This document shows, in pieces, positions 31,500 through 31,872 of a stretch of 31,872 bases of DNA (positions are counted from its first letter, which is position 1; every line of letters begins with the position of its first letter). A program made the translations under genes and the position numbers. The stretch is from NCBI GenBank assembly GCA_052387135.1, contig JBQTJL010000389.1, forward strand, positions 1 through 31,872, given 5' to 3'. The stretch comes from Methanobacteriota archaeon. GTDB taxonomy: Archaea > Thermoplasmatota > SW-10-69-26 > JACQPN01 > JBQTJL01. The notes below the pieces were generated by a model. The model ran no database searches, was not told the origin of the DNA, and saw only the letters and a list, made by a program, of their open reading frames with translations.

Positions 31500-31507
31500 T
31501 TCTTAAA
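31500..31507 (-). promoter_or_regulatory. TATA box for the etfB-etfA-fixCX operon
   Basis: Minus-strand TTTAAGAA, 33 nt upstream of ATG 31466. Confidence 0.55.
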
Positions 31508-31528
31508 GCTTCTGTATGAACAGCGTGG

Positions 31529-31744
31529 CTACTTCGGATAAAAGGTCCCGTTCACGGCGCGGACCCGGTCCGGCCAGTCGATGACGTTGAGGCAGGCGTG
31601 GTCCTGCTCGAACCGGAACAGGTCGCCCGGCCGCATCGCCGACGATTCGACGAGGATCAGCCGGTTCGTGCCGCCGTGCGCGACGAGGAGCACGCGGCCG
31701 CGGCCTTCGGCGGCCCGCGCGACCGCGGCAACGATGCGCGCGCG
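31529..31744 (-). pseudogene. 3' fragment of a histidine phosphatase (phosphoglycerate mutase/CobC-like), apparently interrupted by an IS
   Basis: Translation RARIVAAVARAAEGRGRVLLVAHGGTNRLIL...EQDHACLNVIDW...FYPK* matches the C-terminal half of the family (VAHGG-R motif). In-frame sequence beyond 31745 loses all resemblance. Absent from the ORF track. Confidence 0.7.
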
Positions 31745-31745
31745 C

Positions 31746-31872
31746 GGAGTGTCCGGTTTTTTGTGTACGGCGAGTGGTCCCAGACGTGAAGACCGCGTGA
31801 GACGATGCCGACAGCCGAAACGGTGACAAGGAAGACGAAGAAGGATATCCCGACCGACGTCCTGGACGAGCT
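31746..31872 (+). mobile_element. Left end of a probable IS256-family insertion sequence (truncated by the window)
   Basis: GGAGTGTCCGGTTTTTTGTGTA (31746-31767) resembles IS256-family terminal repeats as I recall them (GR-AGTGTC...TTGTGTA). It begins exactly where the phosphatase similarity stops. Confidence 0.6.
31805..31872 (+). CDS. N-terminus of a probable IS256-family transposase (partial)
   Basis: MPTAETVTRKTKKDIPTDVLDE(L), similar to the basic-patch plus (D/E)LLD(E/Q)L starts of IS256 transposases. Only 22 codons are visible. Confidence 0.5.
   Translation, partial: MPTAETVTRKTKKDIPTDVLDE

Noticed and set aside
31581-31829. ORF-track calls 31503-31829, 31581-31826 and 31598-31789
   Set aside because: They span the phosphatase/IS junction in non-coding frames; the informative frame is the unlisted minus-strand one ending at 31529.

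Overview
This is a very GC-rich archaeal chromosomal window. The archaeal assignment rests on TATA boxes about 23-33 nt upstream of start codons, tRNA-Thr(CGT) with a U discriminator and no encoded CCA, archaeal lipoprotein signals (LxxxGCLG), and Rieske/cytochrome b and ETF genes that resemble haloarchaeal ones. An uncultured Thermoplasmatota-like lineage is my inference, not a database result. Left to right the window holds: a trpEGDC operon (minus strand, running off the left edge), a secreted metzincin peptidase, an acyl-CoA dehydrogenase, two EamA transporters, a cyclophilin-Ig-FKBP fusion lipoprotein, thioredoxin, tRNA-Thr, two tandem blue-copper lipoproteins, HIT, TtuA/NcsA, a divergent NnrE, a Cys-tailed SAM methyltransferase and a Cys-insert Lrp regulator. 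It continues with a FAD/Fe-S/ferredoxin fusion oxidoreductase, a cupredoxin-Rieske-cytochrome b-subunit IV operon with no c-type cytochrome, glutaredoxin-like, SRPBCC and USP genes, and a four-gene secreted beta-sandwich cluster. It ends with an etfB-etfA-fixCX operon and, at the right edge, a histidine phosphatase apparently interrupted by an IS256-like element. The best candidate for an undescribed system is the four-gene surface cluster (24578-27858): one two-domain A-B subunit, a stand-alone B, a stand-alone anchored A and a DUF916-like anchored partner, suggesting an archaeal WxL-like or chaperone-assisted fibre. Other notable items are a 232-bp inverted element built of 29-bp repeats, a structured 146-bp segment between direct repeats next to the tRNA, and dispersed heptamer/hexamer repeat families. 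All calls were made by eye from motifs; no searches were run.
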